A stretch of 63,971 bases of DNA, the filler included, from Ionaspis alba (lineage: Eukaryota), in the NCBI GenBank assembly GCA_964255285.1. It is 3 parts of 3 records of this genome, joined end to end, with 100 filler letters (N's around TTAATTAATTAA, not from the genome) between each part and the next. Parts side by side here need not be neighbours in the genome. Positions count along the whole stretch, not along the records: positions 44,482 to 63,971 come from CAXUUL010000267.1; 2 more parts are not named here. One strand, written 5' to 3'. How positions within the stretch are numbered: position 1 is the stretch's first letter; every line of letters starts with the position of its first letter. The notes beneath the pieces were generated by a model. That model saw only the letters and a list, made by a program, of their open reading frames with translations, had not been told where the DNA came from and made no database searches. Below, piece by piece: positions 62,526-63,971 of the stretch. A program made the position numbers and the translations under genes.

Positions 62526-62807
62526 GGAGTATGAAGCATCCTGTCAAGCATTGACCTACAAGTTCCTTCAGGTTGCCTGATTTAAATTTGATCCATCATT
62601 CGTGGACGACGAGGAGAAAATGTAAGTCATTGTCGTTCTGGAGCTCTAAGCTCCCGCTTAAAAGTTTCTAGAAATTCCATCGTCCAATTCGAATTCCCTC
62701 CGCGATCCTAATTCTCCCCACTCGAGTTAACCACGGCTTCGTTATACACTGTCGTTAGGGGGATAGAGATTTTACACTTGGAATAACAATTACCATATTA
62801 CTCGGTG

Positions 62808-63656
62808 ATGGGACGTTACGATTTCCGACCAGCGCGCGTTCACCAAGCAACCAAAGAACTACTCGGTACTGAGAGACTAAATCGGACGCCCCCGTGGTAC
62901 GATGTGGTAGGCAGTGTACCGCCAGCTCAAATACTTGTACGGACACAGCCTCTCCAGCATCAGATATCTAGGCATCAGCATGGAAGAAGCAAAACGAGAA
63001 AGCCGAGTAAATTGTTCCAGCCACAGAAGATAACCTACCCCGAGGACAAACTGCGACAGGAATTTTTTGGCGACCATCCTTGGGAGCTGGCGCGGCCACG
63101 AATGGTCATCGAAGATGACGGCAAGGATGCGAGGTTACAGAATTGGGAGTCAATAAGACAACCAGGGCGACCTCTGAATGGCGAAAGGTAGGCTTGTTTA
63201 CCGCATCCATCAGAAGGTTGTTCCCATTTCAGCTGACTTTAACCCAGTGTTGTTCAGCGGCAGATGTACCTGATGCACCAGAAGGAACGGCCTATGACAA
63301 AGGCTGCGGCATATGACCAAGCACGGAAGGAATTCTACGCTGCGCGGTTACAGGAAGATGTCGAACGACGGGTTGCTAAAGAGGAGGCGCAAGCTACTGG
63401 TGCGTACTTCGGAAAATCAATGCTTCAAATAGGCATGGAGTTGGAAGATGAGGAATACGAGCGATGGAGGGAGTGGGGATTGCAGCAGATCGCTCAGCAA
63501 GAGCAAGCACGGGCTGCAATATATACTGGTGTGGATAATCAAGCGATGGCTGTCTCGATCGATGATCCGGAGACACAGGCAGGACTGGAGGAATTAGACG
63601 AATCTATACCTGACAAAGGGCAGGAAGCTCTTGGAGGGGCTCCAGTCACAACATAG
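62808..63656 (+). CDS. RSM25: Mitochondrial small-subunit ribosomal protein S25 (mS23)
   Basis: MGRYDFRPARV, PPWY, LFQPQKITYPEDKLRQEFFGDHPWELARPR, LNGESVVQRQ (intron ~63188-63247), AYDQARKEFY, EEAQATGAYFG. Confidence 0.92.
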
Positions 63657-63971
63657 CATCTCTATTCAAATTTAGATGTACGAAGCCTTCTGTGCCTGGC
63701 GGTCTCATTCTTTATGGTGGCAGACCTCGACTACTGAAGCCGACTGTTCTGACAGTTTTCGTCAAGAATTTGATCTCGTCCTCTCTCCTCCCCTTCTTCT
63801 TCAATGACATGAGAACCATCCAAAGGCAGTTGAGATCCGCACTCAGACTCTCGTGAGCGAGATGTTCGTGGGATACTTCCGTGTTGCACAGTCACCTCAA
63901 AGCTGAGCATTCTACCGTTACCTTGCTAATACCTGGACCAGCTCTTCTACGCATGAAGTAGAGATATGATT

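Noticed and set aside
63700..63971. Possible 3' end of a minus-strand gene at the window edge
   Set aside because: All three frames are interrupted by stops; no support.

Overview
Gene-dense, intron-containing eukaryotic DNA from a filamentous ascomycete (Pezizomycotina; short GT-AG introns with CTRAC-type branch points). It is not one contiguous locus: two artificial N44-TTAATTAATTAA-N44 linkers (22159-22258, 44382-44481) join three scaffolds, and there are three 100-N gaps, two flanked by exact 55-bp duplications. About 27 protein genes are supported. Most are housekeeping: cytochrome c, calcipressin, RPB3, DIC1, a 5' fragment of HSP78, EF-1beta with an intronic U18/snR18 snoRNA, an S10 carboxypeptidase, ERV29/SURF4, ornithine carbamoyltransferase, STS1, MTR4, a KH-domain splicing factor, a RecQ helicase, a PPR protein and RSM25. 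Accessory features are an intron-containing YqcI/YcgG-family gene with a hydrophobic N-terminal extension, an F-box-like gene, a tandem paralogue pair with one pseudogenised copy, a ~180-bp Tc1/mariner-type MITE, a dense CTTCAA motif cluster and a candidate poison 3' splice site in the KH gene. I found no convincing multi-gene novel system; the best leads are single-locus observations. All family assignments come from motif recognition by eye, not database searches.
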